Shown here piece after piece: positions 20,547 through 29,508 of a stretch of 39,803 nucleotides of DNA. The stretch's first letter is position 1, and each line of letters starts with the position of its first letter. Both the position numbers and the translations under genes were made by a program. The notes below the pieces were generated by a model that did not search any database, was not told where the DNA came from, and worked only from the letters and a program-made list of their open reading frames with translations. Origin of the DNA: Pedosphaera sp. (GTDB taxonomy: Bacteria > Verrucomicrobiota > Verrucomicrobiia > Limisphaerales > SIBH01); the NCBI GenBank assembly GCA_031414955.1, contig JANOQV010000301.1, forward strand, positions 1 to 39,803. Direction: 5' to 3'.

Positions 20547-22468
20547 CGCAAAACAAGAATCAGCACCAGCGCCACGCCGAGGGCGAAGAGGAACGCATAG
20601 GTCTGGAGATTGCCGGTCTGCACCAGGCGCAGGGCGCGGCCGAAGATTTCGGTCGTGCCGTGCGCGCCGCGCACGCCCAGGCCGGCGATGATCCAGCGGT
20701 CGAACCAGTCGGCCAGTTTGGAGAGCGCTTCGTGGGTAATGGAGATCAGCCCGGCGTAAAGTTCATCGAAGTAGAAGCGGTTGCGCATGGCGCGGGAGAG
20801 CCAGCCGAGTTTTTCGACGAGCGGATCTTTGGTCGCGTTCCAGTAGCACGCGGCGGCGAGACTGATGCCGACGAGCGCGGCGAGAATGCCAAACATTGCG
20901 GCGAGCAGGTTGTGACCGAAGGGTTGGAGCAGCGATTCAATCCAGCCCCCGTGATGACCTGCGGCGGACGGGAACATCTTGCCGACAAACACATCGATGC
21001 CGATGAAGCCGCCGATGACGGAGAACACGGCGAGAATGATGAGCGGCGTGGTCATCACCTTGGGCGATTCGTGGGCGTGGCCGGCTGCGTCGCTCTTGGC
21101 CGGGCCGAAGAAGACCACGAACAACAATCGGAACATGTAGAACGCCGTGAGTGCGGCGACGAAGACGGCGACGGCGAAAAGCACGGGCTTGTGTTCAGCG
21201 GCTTGCGCGAGAATGGAATCCTTCGAGTAGAAACCGGCCAGCGGCCAGATGCCGGCCAGCGCCAGCGTGCCGAGCAGGAACGTCTTCCACGTCACCGGCA
21301 GCTTGTGCCGGAGCGCGCCCATCTTCCAGATGTCCTGCTCGTGGTGCATGGCGTGAATCACGGAGCCGGCACCAAGGAACAACAGCGCCTTGAAGAACGC
21401 GTGCGTCGTGAGGTGGAACATCGCGGGCGTGGGGCCGGCGAGGCCGACGGACATGACCATGTAGCCGAGTTGCGAAAGCGTGGAGTAGGCGAGGATGCGC
21501 TTGATGTCGTTCTGTTGCACCGCGATGAGCGCGGCGAGCAGCGCGGTGAAGCCGCCAATCCACGCGATGACATCGAGCGCAGTCCAGCCGTTCATGAAGG
21601 CAATCGCCTCGGGCCAGACGGTGCTGGAGCCGAAGATGAAGAAAACGCGGCAGAGCATGTAAACGCCCGCCGCCACCATGGTCGCGGCGTGGATGAGCGC
21701 GGAGACGGGCGTCGGGCCTTCCATCGCGTCCGGCAGCCAGACGTGGAGCGGGAACTGTGCGGACTTGCCCATCGCGCCGCAGAAGATCAGGAGCGCAGCC
21801 ACATTCGCCCACACGCCGAAGGCATCGGGCTTGTTGGCGAGGAACTGTTTCAGCGCATCGAAGTTCACCGCGCCATTCGCCATGGCCCAGATCATGATGA
21901 TGCCGAGCAGGAAGCCGAAGTCGCCGAGGCGATTCGTGATGAACGCCTTCTTCGCCGCGTCGCCTGCGGAAGGCTTTTCGTACCAGAAGCCAATGAGCAG
22001 GTAGCTGGAGACGCCGACCAGTTCCCAGAAGATGAACATCATCACGAAGTTGTTCGCGAGGACGATGCCGAGCATCGAGAAGGTGAACAGGCTCAAGCAG
22101 GCGAAGAAGCGCGAGAAGCCCGGGTCTTCGTGCATGTAGCCGTAGGAGTAGATGTGAATCATCAACCCGACGCCTGTGACGACGAGGAGCATCATCAGGC
22201 TGAGCGCGTCAATGCGCAGGCCGATGTCGAGCTTCAGCTCGGTGCCGATGGTCAGCCAGTTGAACGGAGTCGTCTCAATGCCTTTCGCCAGATCGATACC
22301 CTGCAAGCCAAAGAGCAACACCAGCGTAATGACAAAGCCCGCACCAATGGCCCCGATGGAAATGAGCGCGCTGACGTTCTTCGCGCGCTGCGTGAACAGC
22401 GTGATGACGCCCGCCGCCGCGAGCGGCAGCAGCAGGACCAGCCAGGCCAAATTTTCCGGGTTGTCCAT
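20543..22468 (-). CDS. nuoL: NADH-quinone oxidoreductase subunit L
   Basis: WELVGVSSYLLIGFW, GKSAQFPLHVWLPDAMEGPTPVSALIHAATMV, THAFFKALLFL. Confidence 0.97.
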   Translation of the reverse strand: MDNPENLAWLVLLLPLAAAGVITLFTQRAKNVSALISIGAIGAGFVITLVLLFGLQGIDLAKGIETTPFNWLTIGTELKLDIGLRIDALSLMMLLVVTGVGLMIHIYSYGYMHEDPGFSRFFACLSLFTFSMLGIVLANNFVMMFIFWELVGVSSYLLIGFWYEKPSAGDAAKKAFITNRLGDFGFLLGIIMIWAMANGAVNFDALKQFLANKPDAFGVWANVAALLIFCGAMGKSAQFPLHVWLPDAMEGPTPVSALIHAATMVAAGVYMLCRVFFIFGSSTVWPEAIAFMNGWTALDVIAWIGGFTALLAALIAVQQNDIKRILAYSTLSQLGYMVMSVGLAGPTPAMFHLTTHAFFKALLFLGAGSVIHAMHHEQDIWKMGALRHKLPVTWKTFLLGTLALAGIWPLAGFYSKDSILAQAAEHKPVLFAVAVFVAALTAFYMFRLLFVVFFGPAKSDAAGHAHESPKVMTTPLIILAVFSVIGGFIGIDVFVGKMFPSAAGHHGGWIESLLQPFGHNLLAAMFGILAALVGISLAAACYWNATKDPLVEKLGWLSRAMRNRFYFDELYAGLISITHEALSKLADWFDRWIIAGLGVRGAHGTTEIFGRALRLVQTGNLQTYAFLFALGVALVLILVLR

Positions 22469-22773
22469 TACAGTTTCATCGAGGTCAGGTCTTCAGTGTG
22501 CGCGGACTGGCGCTTGCGATAGAGCGCGACAATCAGCGCGAGGCCGACGGCAACTTCCGCCGCCGCCACGGTGATGATGAAGAAGACCATGATCTGACCG
22601 TTCAGATTGTTGTTGAAACGGGAGAAGGCAACGAGCGCGAGGTTCGAGGCGTTGAGCATGAGTTCGAGGCCCATGTACATCACCAGCAGGTTGCGCCGCA
22701 GAATGACGCCGAGCACGCCGAGCGAGAACAGCACGGCGCTGACGACGAGATAATGTTCGAGGGTGACGTGCAT
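22468..22773 (-). CDS. nuoK: NADH-quinone oxidoreductase subunit K
   Basis: [23 protein letters not shown]. Confidence 0.96.
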   Translation of the reverse strand: MHVTLEHYLVVSAVLFSLGVLGVILRRNLLVMYMGLELMLNASNLALVAFSRFNNNLNGQIMVFFIITVAAAEVAVGLALIVALYRKRQSAHTEDLTSMKL

Positions 22774-22776
22774 TTT

Positions 22777-23247
22777 TTATTTGGCCACAAAGAACGCAGA
22801 GAACACAGAGAGCACAGAAAGGAAAGGCAGCCAGCAGGCCAGTTTGTTCATCATGCCTTCCTCGGACGCGCTACCGTTGTTGAAGATGAACTTCCTGATT
22901 TGGAAGCGGTAGGAGCCGAAATTGATCAGCAGGCCGTGTTCGATGCGCGAGGCTTTAAGGTAGCCGAGCGTTTGGGCAACGTGCTCGTCCGCAATGGTCT
23001 TGGCTGCCTTCAGTTCCAGGATCAGGCAGTTGTCCACCAGCAGATCGGCGAAGTATTCACCGATGACGGTGCCATCCTCATCGTGAACTTTGAGCGGATG
23101 CTGCTGCTTCACATCGAAGCCGGCCTTCCGCAGCCGGTTCACCAGCGCGTTCTCATAAACTTTCTCCAAGTGCCCGTTGCCATGATAGACATGAATGTCG
23201 TAGGCCGTCTGCCTCACTACCGCGCTCAGTTCGTTAATCGTTTTCAT
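22777..23247 (-). CDS. GxxExxY protein (PD-(D/E)XK nuclease-like family)
   Basis: GHLEKVYENAL, ADLLVD..ILELKA, QTLGYLKA..GLLINFG; AAGGAG RBS upstream. Confidence 0.92.
   Translation of the reverse strand: MKTINELSAVVRQTAYDIHVYHGNGHLEKVYENALVNRLRKAGFDVKQQHPLKVHDEDGTVIGEYFADLLVDNCLILELKAAKTIADEHVAQTLGYLKASRIEHGLLINFGSYRFQIRKFIFNNGSASEEGMMNKLACWLPFLSVLSVFSAFFVAK
22784..22819 (+). repeat. Left arm of inverted 9-mer tandem repeat flanking the GxxExxY gene
   Basis: GCCACAAAG AACGCAGAG AACACAGAG AGCACAGAA. Confidence 0.85.
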
Positions 23248-23262
23248 GGTCGTTTCTCCTTT

Positions 23263-23289
23263 CTCTGTGTTCTTTGTGTTCTCTGTGGC
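23263..23289 (-). repeat. Right arm of inverted 9-mer tandem repeat flanking the GxxExxY gene
   Basis: Minus strand GCCACAGAG AACACAAAG AACACAGAG, beginning inside the nuoJ TAG stop. Confidence 0.85.
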
Positions 23290-23789
23290 TATTTCAATTC
23301 TTTCTTGCTCAGGAGAATCACGCCGACCATGGCGACGAGCAGCAGCACGGAGACGATTTCAAAGGGCAGCAGGTAGTTGGTGAACAGTTCCGTGCCGAGA
23401 TTCTTGGTCGCGCCTTCGAGCGTCGGCGTCTTGCCGGTGCCGATGCCGGAGAACCAAATTGTTTTGATGAGAATGCCCGCGATGGCCAGTACGGCGACGA
23501 GACCCGTGGCGATGCCGAAAGTGTTGAAGCGCCGCCGCTCCTCTTCCTTGATGTCGAGCAGCATAATCACGAACAGGAACAGCACCATGACCGCGCCGGC
23601 ATAGACGAGGATTTGCACCGCCGCGATGAAGAAGGCGTGCAGCGTCACGAACAGCCCGGCCAGCGCGCCCATCGTGAGCACGAGGAACATCGCGCTCGTG
23701 ACCGGGTTGCGGCTGAACGGATTGGCGACGACCATCAGGCCGAAGACCAGCGTCAGCAACGCGAAGAAGTAGAAGAAGAGGTCTTGCAT
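23289..23789 (-). CDS. nuoJ: NADH-quinone oxidoreductase subunit J
   Basis: RNPVTSAMFL, QILVYAGAVMVLFLFVIMLL, YLLPFEIVSVLLLVAMVG; start MQDLFF. Confidence 0.96.
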   Translation of the reverse strand: MQDLFFYFFALLTLVFGLMVVANPFSRNPVTSAMFLVLTMGALAGLFVTLHAFFIAAVQILVYAGAVMVLFLFVIMLLDIKEEERRRFNTFGIATGLVAVLAIAGILIKTIWFSGIGTGKTPTLEGATKNLGTELFTNYLLPFEIVSVLLLVAMVGVILLSKKELK

Positions 23790-23794
23790 GGCGG

Positions 23795-23953
23795 TTACGA
23801 TGCGCCTCCGACGAAACACCAAACACCAAACACCAAACACCAGAGAAACACCAAGCTCCAAACACCAACGACCGCATGAGCGCGCGACACACCGGTTGGA
23901 GCTTGGTGTTTGGAGCTTATCTGATGTTTGGTGTTTGGTGTTTGGTGCTTCAT
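23795..23953 (-). other. Putative 52-aa relay ORF spanning hairpin copy 1
   Basis: MKHQTPNTKH...FVGGAS*; start overlaps the stop of MEVLE* (23950-23967), which itself overlaps the nuoI stop; ends 5 nt before nuoJ ATG. Confidence 0.45.
23813..23952. repeat. ~140-bp palindromic heptamer-repeat element (MITE/IVS-like), copy 1
   Basis: (ACCAAAC)3 ACCAGAGAAAC ACCAAGC TCCAAAC ACCAA - 27-nt spacer - near-perfect inverted arm. Confidence 0.9.
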
Positions 23954-23966
23954 TCCAAGACTTCCA

Positions 23967-24539
23967 TCACGGCTTGACGGGAAACGCCTCCTGCTCCTTC
24001 GCTTCCTCCGCCTTGTGCTTCCACTTCTGAATGCCGGGGCTGACACCGCCGAGGGAGAGGAGCTTTTCCTTGTCGTAAATCATCTCGGCGCGAGTGAGGC
24101 CGGTGAGCGAATAATCCTTCTGCAAGAAGATCGCTTCCTCCGGGCAAACTTCCTGGCAGAAGCCGCAGAAGATGCAGCGGAGCATATTGATCTCGAACTC
24201 CTTCGGCATCTTCTCCGCATTGGTGCGGTCGGCGATTTCACCCGCAGGGCCGGGTGGCACGATGCGAATGGCCTTGGGCGGGCAGACGAATTCGCAGAGC
24301 TGGCACGAGACGCACTTGGTGTCGCTGTCCTGATCTTTCACGAGGTAGGGCGCGCCACGATAGCCCGCGCCCACGTTCCACTTGTGCTCGGGATAGAAGC
24401 CGTCCGAGGTTTCCTTCGCCGCCGTGTTCCCGCGAAAGAGCGTGTTGACGAAATGCTTCGAAGTCACCTTGATGCCGCCCGCAATCGCCGGCAGATACAG
24501 GCGCTCCCAGAAGCTCAGTTTTTTGCGTGGAACAATCAT
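23967..24539 (-). CDS. nuoI: NADH-quinone oxidoreductase subunit I
   Basis: Two 4Fe-4S motifs CVSCQLCEFVCP and CIFCGFCQEVCP; start MIVPRK overlaps nuoH stop (ATGA). Confidence 0.95.
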   Translation of the reverse strand: MIVPRKKLSFWERLYLPAIAGGIKVTSKHFVNTLFRGNTAAKETSDGFYPEHKWNVGAGYRGAPYLVKDQDSDTKCVSCQLCEFVCPPKAIRIVPPGPAGEIADRTNAEKMPKEFEINMLRCIFCGFCQEVCPEEAIFLQKDYSLTGLTRAEMIYDKEKLLSLGGVSPGIQKWKHKAEEAKEQEAFPVKP

Positions 24540-25672
24540 TTGGTTGACGTGATGGCCCACAGCACGATGGCCGTGATCAAGATGTTCGCCAGCGCGACCG
24601 GGATGAAACGGCGCCAGCCCAAATCCATGAGTTGGTCGTAGCGGAAGCGCGGCAACATCCAGCGGACCCAGATCATCACGCCCATCAGCGCCAGCATCTT
24701 GCCAATGAAGATCGCGATATGCGCGAGGCCCATGCCGATGCTCGACGCCGGATCGGAGAACGTGCCGAACGGCAGCGTCCAGCCGCCGAGGAAGAGCGTC
24801 ACGATCATGGAACAGCCGGCGATCATGGCCGCGTATTCGCCGAGGAAAAACAGGCCAAAGCGCATCGAGCTGTATTCGGTGTGATAGCCGCCCACGAGTT
24901 CGGTCTCGGACTCCGGCAAGTCGAACGGCAGTCGGTTTGTTTCCGCAAAGACGGCGACGAGGAAAATCACGAAGGCGATCGGCTGCTTGAAGATCATCCA
25001 GTCGAACAGGCTTTGCGACTGGTAGGCCACCATCCGGCTCAAATTTAGCCCACTGGTTCCAGCGAGGAAGTCCTGCCATGTCTTGCTCAGTTTCCCGGTG
25101 AAGCCATCGTCACCCACGAGCATGAACAGCGGCACGACGGAGAGGCCCATGGCGATCTCGTAGGAAATCATCTGCGCGCTGGAGCGGATGCCGCCGAGGA
25201 AGGGAAACTTGGAGTTCGATGCGTAGCCCGCCAGCACGATGCCATAGACCGCGAGCGACACGATGCCGAAGGTGTAGAGGATGCCCACGTTCAGGTCGGC
25301 GATGAGCATCTTCTGCGCGCCCATGAGTGAGCCAAAGGGGATGACCGCGAGCGTCAAGATCGACGGTGCCATCGCCACCGCAGGCGCGAGCCAGAAGTAA
25401 ACCTTGCGCACATGGCCGGGCGTGAAGTCCTCCTTCATGAACAGCTTCAGGCCGTCGGCGATGGGCTGGAAGATGCCGAGGCTGACGAGCCAGGGGCCGA
25501 GGACGGGAATCTTCGGCACGAAGGGCAGGGCGGTGCGATTGGGACCGACGCGGTCCTGAATCCACGCCGAAATTTTCCGCTCCGCCAGCACCGCGTAGGC
25601 GACAAAAGTCATCAGCACGGCGAAGACGCCGACGATCTTGACTGCGCTGAAAATGATAAAGGTCGAGTCCAT
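24536..25672 (-). CDS. nuoH: NADH-quinone oxidoreductase subunit H
   Basis: ERKISAWIQDRVGPNR, QPIADGLKL, AETNRLPFDLPESETELVGGYHTEYS, PRFRYDQLM. Confidence 0.97.
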   Translation of the reverse strand: MDSTFIIFSAVKIVGVFAVLMTFVAYAVLAERKISAWIQDRVGPNRTALPFVPKIPVLGPWLVSLGIFQPIADGLKLFMKEDFTPGHVRKVYFWLAPAVAMAPSILTLAVIPFGSLMGAQKMLIADLNVGILYTFGIVSLAVYGIVLAGYASNSKFPFLGGIRSSAQMISYEIAMGLSVVPLFMLVGDDGFTGKLSKTWQDFLAGTSGLNLSRMVAYQSQSLFDWMIFKQPIAFVIFLVAVFAETNRLPFDLPESETELVGGYHTEYSSMRFGLFFLGEYAAMIAGCSMIVTLFLGGWTLPFGTFSDPASSIGMGLAHIAIFIGKMLALMGVMIWVRWMLPRFRYDQLMDLGWRRFIPVALANILITAIVLWAITSTK

Positions 25673-25676
25673 CGCG

Positions 25677-27377
25677 TCAGATTTGCACCGTCACGCCGGT
25701 GTCGCCGAGGGCGGCCCACGTCAGGCCATTGAACGCAGTTACTTCCTTCGCCATCTGGTTGAACAATCCTTCGATGCTCACGAAGCCATTCTGGCCGGTG
25801 ACGTTGTGGACCAGCTCGTGCAGGAATTCCCACTCAGGCCGGGCATCGCCCTTAGGCTCCACGGCCTTCGTGAAGCGCTGCACCCGGCCTTTGACGTTCA
25901 CGAACGACCCGCGCTTCTCGGCATGAGCGCAGCCGGGCAACAGGTAATGCGCGGCCTCGGTCGTCTTGTTCGGCAAGATGTCGCTGACGATGAGCGTGTC
26001 GAGCTTGGCCAGCAGGTCGGTGCCGATGCCGCGCTTGGTTACGTCTTCGCCGAAGACAATGAGCGTCTTGATTTTCCCAGCGCGAATGCCGTCGGCAATC
26101 TTCGACAGGTTGATGCCGATCTCGGTGAAGGAGATTCCAATAAGCCGTGAGCCGGTGGTGTTGGGATTGCGGTCTGCGCTGAGCAGCAACTTGTCACCTT
26201 CGGCGATGCGCGGGACGGAATCCGTCATCGCGTCGAGCCGGGTCGCGAGCTTCTTGAGCAGGAACAGTTCTTCGTTGGTCTGGCGCGCCGAAGCGACGAT
26301 GGCAACAGAGCCTTGCGGCGCGCGCGCCAGCTTCTCAGAAATTTCCTTGATGACCGAACTCCAAGTGACGCCCTCCCCGACCCGAGACTTTGGACCTTGG
26401 ACCTTGGACAAACGCTTCTCGCTCCCAATCCACTTGTAGTTCAGTCGGCCCGCGTCGCACATCCAGCAGCCATTGACGGCGTCGTTCTCGCGCGGTTCGT
26501 AGCGATAGACTTTGTCTTCGCGAGAACCGACGACCACGTTGCAGCCGGTGCCGCAGCTCGTGCAGAGGCTCTTGGTTTCCTTGAGGAACCACACGCGCAT
26601 CTGAAAGCGAAAATCCTTCGAAGTGAGCGCACCCACTGGACAGATGTCCACGGTGTTGAGCGTGTAGTTGTTGTCGAACGGCTGGCCGGGGAACGCGGAG
26701 ATGGTGTTGTAGCTGCCGCGATTCACGATGCCGAGCGCGTCGTCGCCCACCACGTCCTTCGTGAAGCGGATGCAGCGTGTGCAAAGAACGCAACGCTCCG
26801 CGTCGAGCACGATGCGCGGCCCGAGGTCGATGCGCTTGGGCTTGTGAACCTTCGCCTCCACGAAGCGGCTCTCTGCCTGGCCGTAATCGACCGAGTATTC
26901 CTGGAGCTTGCATTCGCCGGCTTGATCGCAAATCGGGCAGTCGAGCGGATGATTGATGAGCAGCGATTCCAGCACGCCCTCGCGCATCTGCTTCACGCCC
27001 GGCGTGGCCGTGTAAATTTCCATGCCCGGCGAAATCGGCGTGGCGCAGGCGATGGCGGGGCGGGGCGACTTGGCGATCTTGGGCGAGCCGTCCTCGTTGA
27101 GCATCGGCTTGCGGTCCGGTCCCATCGCGGGCGTGCCGAACTCGACGAGGCACATGCGGCAATTGCCCGCAACCGGCAGCTTCGGATGATAGCAATAGTG
27201 CGGCACGTCCACCTTCGCGAGGTTCGTGGCCTGGATCATCGTGGTTGCCACCGGCTTGCCTGTGATTGGATCAGGCATGGTCTTCGGCACGGCGATGGCC
27301 TTGCCATCCACCTTCACGGTGATGGTCTCGACCGCCGGCGCGGCGGGCTTTGCTTCAATTGTCGCTGCGTTCGACAT
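25677..27377 (-). CDS. nuoG: NADH-quinone oxidoreductase subunit G (short form, ~566 aa)
   Basis: CYHPKL..GNCRMCLVE, NHPLDCPICDQAGECKLQ, CVLCTRCIRF, CTSCGTGC; start MSNAAT 1 nt after nuoF stop. Confidence 0.95.
   Translation of the reverse strand: MSNAATIEAKPAAPAVETITVKVDGKAIAVPKTMPDPITGKPVATTMIQATNLAKVDVPHYCYHPKLPVAGNCRMCLVEFGTPAMGPDRKPMLNEDGSPKIAKSPRPAIACATPISPGMEIYTATPGVKQMREGVLESLLINHPLDCPICDQAGECKLQEYSVDYGQAESRFVEAKVHKPKRIDLGPRIVLDAERCVLCTRCIRFTKDVVGDDALGIVNRGSYNTISAFPGQPFDNNYTLNTVDICPVGALTSKDFRFQMRVWFLKETKSLCTSCGTGCNVVVGSREDKVYRYEPRENDAVNGCWMCDAGRLNYKWIGSEKRLSKVQGPKSRVGEGVTWSSVIKEISEKLARAPQGSVAIVASARQTNEELFLLKKLATRLDAMTDSVPRIAEGDKLLLSADRNPNTTGSRLIGISFTEIGINLSKIADGIRAGKIKTLIVFGEDVTKRGIGTDLLAKLDTLIVSDILPNKTTEAAHYLLPGCAHAEKRGSFVNVKGRVQRFTKAVEPKGDARPEWEFLHELVHNVTGQNGFVSIEGLFNQMAKEVTAFNGLTWAALGDTGVTVQI
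26379..26409 (+). repeat. Period-7 tandem repeat in frame inside nuoG
   Basis: GACCCGA GACTTTG GACCTTG GACCTTG GAC; encodes SKVQGPKSRV on the minus strand. Confidence 0.7.
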
Positions 27378-27378
27378 G

Positions 27379-28779
27379 TTAATTCTTTGGGGCGGCTCCA
27401 CTCCGGCGCGCCTCGTCGGCCGCACCCTTGGCGATGAACTCGTCCTTAAACTTCCCGATGAAACTTTGCACCGGCCACGAGCAGGCTTCGCCGAAAGCGC
27501 AGATGGTGCGGCCGCCGGGAATGTTGTTCGCGATGCCGAGCAGGTAATCCGCGTCGGTCTTGCGGCCTTCACCATGTGAGAGACGATGGAGCGCCTTCGA
27601 CATCCAGAGCGAACCTTCACGGCAGGGCGTGCATTGGCCGCAGCTCTCGTGGGCGTAAAACTCGCTGATGTTCGCGAGCGCCTCGACGATATCGACCGAG
27701 TCGTCCATCACGATGATGGCGCTGGAGCCGGACATGGAGCCGGCGGCCGCGAGCGAGTCGAAGTCGTAGGGCAGATCGAGCATGTCGGTTTCGACCTCGG
27801 TCATGTTGCCATCTGCGCCCTTCTTCTTGAGCTTAAATTTCTCGCCGGCCTTGAAGACCTTCGCGGAAGAGCCGCCGGGAATGACGGCCTTCAACTTGCG
27901 ACCATCGCGCAGTCCGCCGCCGAAGTCTTGATGGAAAATCAATTCACCAATCGTGACCTTGCCGACTTCGATTTCGTAGTAGCCCGGTTTCTTGACCAAG
28001 CCGCTCAGACTCACGATGCGCGTGCCGGTGTTGTTCGGCGTGCCGAGCTTGGCGAACGCGCCCGCGCCCATCTCCACGATGTGCTTCACGTTGCAGAGGG
28101 TCTCGACGTTGTTGACGATCGTCGGGCACATCCACAGACCGAGGATGGCCGGGAAATAAGGCGGCTTGATGCGCGGATAAGGCCGCTTGCCTTCGAGTGA
28201 TTCGATCAGGCCCGTCTCTTCGCCGCAGATGTAAGCGCCCGCGCCGCGATGAACGTGAATCTCCAAATCGTAGCCGCTGCCAAGGATGTTCTTGCCGAGA
28301 AAGCCCTTCGCCCTCGCTTCCTTCAAAGCGCGATTCAGAATGCGGGCGCCCTCGGGCATTTCCCCGCGGATGTAGATGTAGGCCAGCTTCACGTCGTTCG
28401 CGAAGCAGGAGATGATCATCCCTTCAATCAACTGGTGCGGATCCTTGTGGATGATCTGCCGGTCCTTGAACGTGCCCGGCTCGGATTCGTCCGCATTGCA
28501 GATGAGGTAAATGGGCTTGCCGCTGCGGCGATCCACAAACGACCACTTCAGTCCGCACGAGAAACCCGCGCCGCCGCGCCCACGCAGCCCGGACGCTTTG
28601 ACGTCTTCGCGGATGACTTCCTGTGGGGAAAGTTTTTTGCCGTCTGGCAAATCCTTCGGCGCGGTGGCGAGCGCCTTCTTCAACGTCTCATAGCCGCCGT
28701 GGCGCAGGTAGCACTCGAGGTCGTTCGAGTACCCGGCGGCGTCGGCGTGCTTGAGAATGAGGCGGAATTGCTCGGGCAT
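27379..28779 (-). CDS. nuoF: NADH-quinone oxidoreductase subunit F
   Basis: SGLRGRGGAGF, NADESEPGTFKDR, GAGAYICGEETGLIESLEG, ESCGQCTPCREG. Confidence 0.97.
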   Translation of the reverse strand: MPEQFRLILKHADAAGYSNDLECYLRHGGYETLKKALATAPKDLPDGKKLSPQEVIREDVKASGLRGRGGAGFSCGLKWSFVDRRSGKPIYLICNADESEPGTFKDRQIIHKDPHQLIEGMIISCFANDVKLAYIYIRGEMPEGARILNRALKEARAKGFLGKNILGSGYDLEIHVHRGAGAYICGEETGLIESLEGKRPYPRIKPPYFPAILGLWMCPTIVNNVETLCNVKHIVEMGAGAFAKLGTPNNTGTRIVSLSGLVKKPGYYEIEVGKVTIGELIFHQDFGGGLRDGRKLKAVIPGGSSAKVFKAGEKFKLKKKGADGNMTEVETDMLDLPYDFDSLAAAGSMSGSSAIIVMDDSVDIVEALANISEFYAHESCGQCTPCREGSLWMSKALHRLSHGEGRKTDADYLLGIANNIPGGRTICAFGEACSWPVQSFIGKFKDEFIAKGAADEARRSGAAPKN

Positions 28780-28788
28780 ATCAGCTTC

Positions 28789-28816
28789 TTGACTCGGGGA
28801 TGAAACTCACTACCTT
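28789..28816 (+). promoter_or_regulatory. Putative sigma70 promoter for tRNA-Gln
   Basis: TTGACT-N16-TACCTT, ending 16 nt before the tRNA. Confidence 0.5.
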
Positions 28817-28832
28817 CTCGCGCCTCCGGCAC

Positions 28833-28906
28833 TGCCCGATGGTGTAACGGTAGCACAAGTGACTCTGAATCACTTTGTCATGGTTCAAATCCATGTCGGG
28901 CAGCCA
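28833..28906 (+). tRNA. tRNA-Gln (anticodon CTG)
   Basis: Acceptor TGCCCGA/TCGGGCA with U1-A72, discriminator G, encoded CCA; anticodon arm AGTGA-CTCTGAA-TCACT; T arm CATGG-TTCAAAT-CCATG. Confidence 0.96.
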
Positions 28907-28908
28907 AT

Positions 28909-29364
28909 TCATTTCCCACCCCGCTTGATCACTGCGTAGCGCTGGCGAATCAATTCCAAGTGCAGCAAATCTTTCGGGCGACCGATGGCGCGCTTGCTTT
29001 GCTCGATCAATTCGAGAGGCAACACGGCGACTTTGATTCCGTGCCATTCCATCCAAACCGCCTTTGAGAAAACGTGCTTGAAGGCCGAAAGGCCGGTCAC
29101 TTCATAAACAAAATTCACCATGGTTCCGTCGGCCAGTTCTACGACCGTGTTGCGCACCATCTGGGCGCCCTGCCGCACAGCAAGGTTGATCGCGCGCATA
29201 TAGTTGCGTGGCGACAGATCGATCCACAGATCCACATCAACTGTGGACCCTGGAACGCCTTGGAGATTCGCGGCTGACATGCCAATCACTTGGAACCGGA
29301 TCTTTTCACCGTCGAGCGCCCCCACAAGCCGAGCGAACGGAGATAATTCACGTTCATTTGCCAC
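28909..29364 (-). CDS. Nucleotidyltransferase-like protein (AbiEii/MenT/DUF6036-like), putative toxin
   Basis: VIGMSAANLQGVPGSTVDVDLW and SKRAIGRPKD motifs; GTG start 29364 preferred, ATG 29502 possible. Confidence 0.8.
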   Translation of the reverse strand: MANERELSPFARLVGALDGEKIRFQVIGMSAANLQGVPGSTVDVDLWIDLSPRNYMRAINLAVRQGAQMVRNTVVELADGTMVNFVYEVTGLSAFKHVFSKAVWMEWHGIKVAVLPLELIEQSKRAIGRPKDLLHLELIRQRYAVIKRGGK

Positions 29365-29483
29365 CGTTCGTCCGGCGTTGCGGCCGCGAACCGGGCGAAC
29401 AGGATTATTTCGTGCTCGTCGAGGCCGGGCATGCCCTTGAGTTTTCGATACACCTTTGGCCAATCTTTGAGCGTCGTTTTCAT
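29286..29483 (-). CDS. Small protein upstream of and overlapping the nucleotidyltransferase, putative antitoxin
   Basis: 65 aa MKTTLKDWPKVY..AATPDERWQMN; TPxER motif and position fit small partners of such NTases (inference). Confidence 0.6.
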   Translation of the reverse strand: MKTTLKDWPKVYRKLKGMPGLDEHEIILFARFAAATPDERWQMNVNYLRSLGLWGRSTVKRSGSK

Positions 29484-29508
29484 TTTTGCGCTTGGGTGCC
29501 ATGACGGG

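Larger units (their letters stand above)
28781..28912 (-). other. Putative 43-aa relay ORF reading through the antisense of the tRNA
   Basis: MNWLPDMDLNH...IPESRS*; ATGA overlap with the nucleotidyltransferase stop; stop 1 nt before nuoF ATG. Confidence 0.4.

Noticed and set aside
19832..20548. CGATG direct repeat flanking MNT-HEPN as a target-site duplication
   Set aside because: Three of five bases are the obligatory ATG, and excision would remove the nuoL stop; compatible with chance
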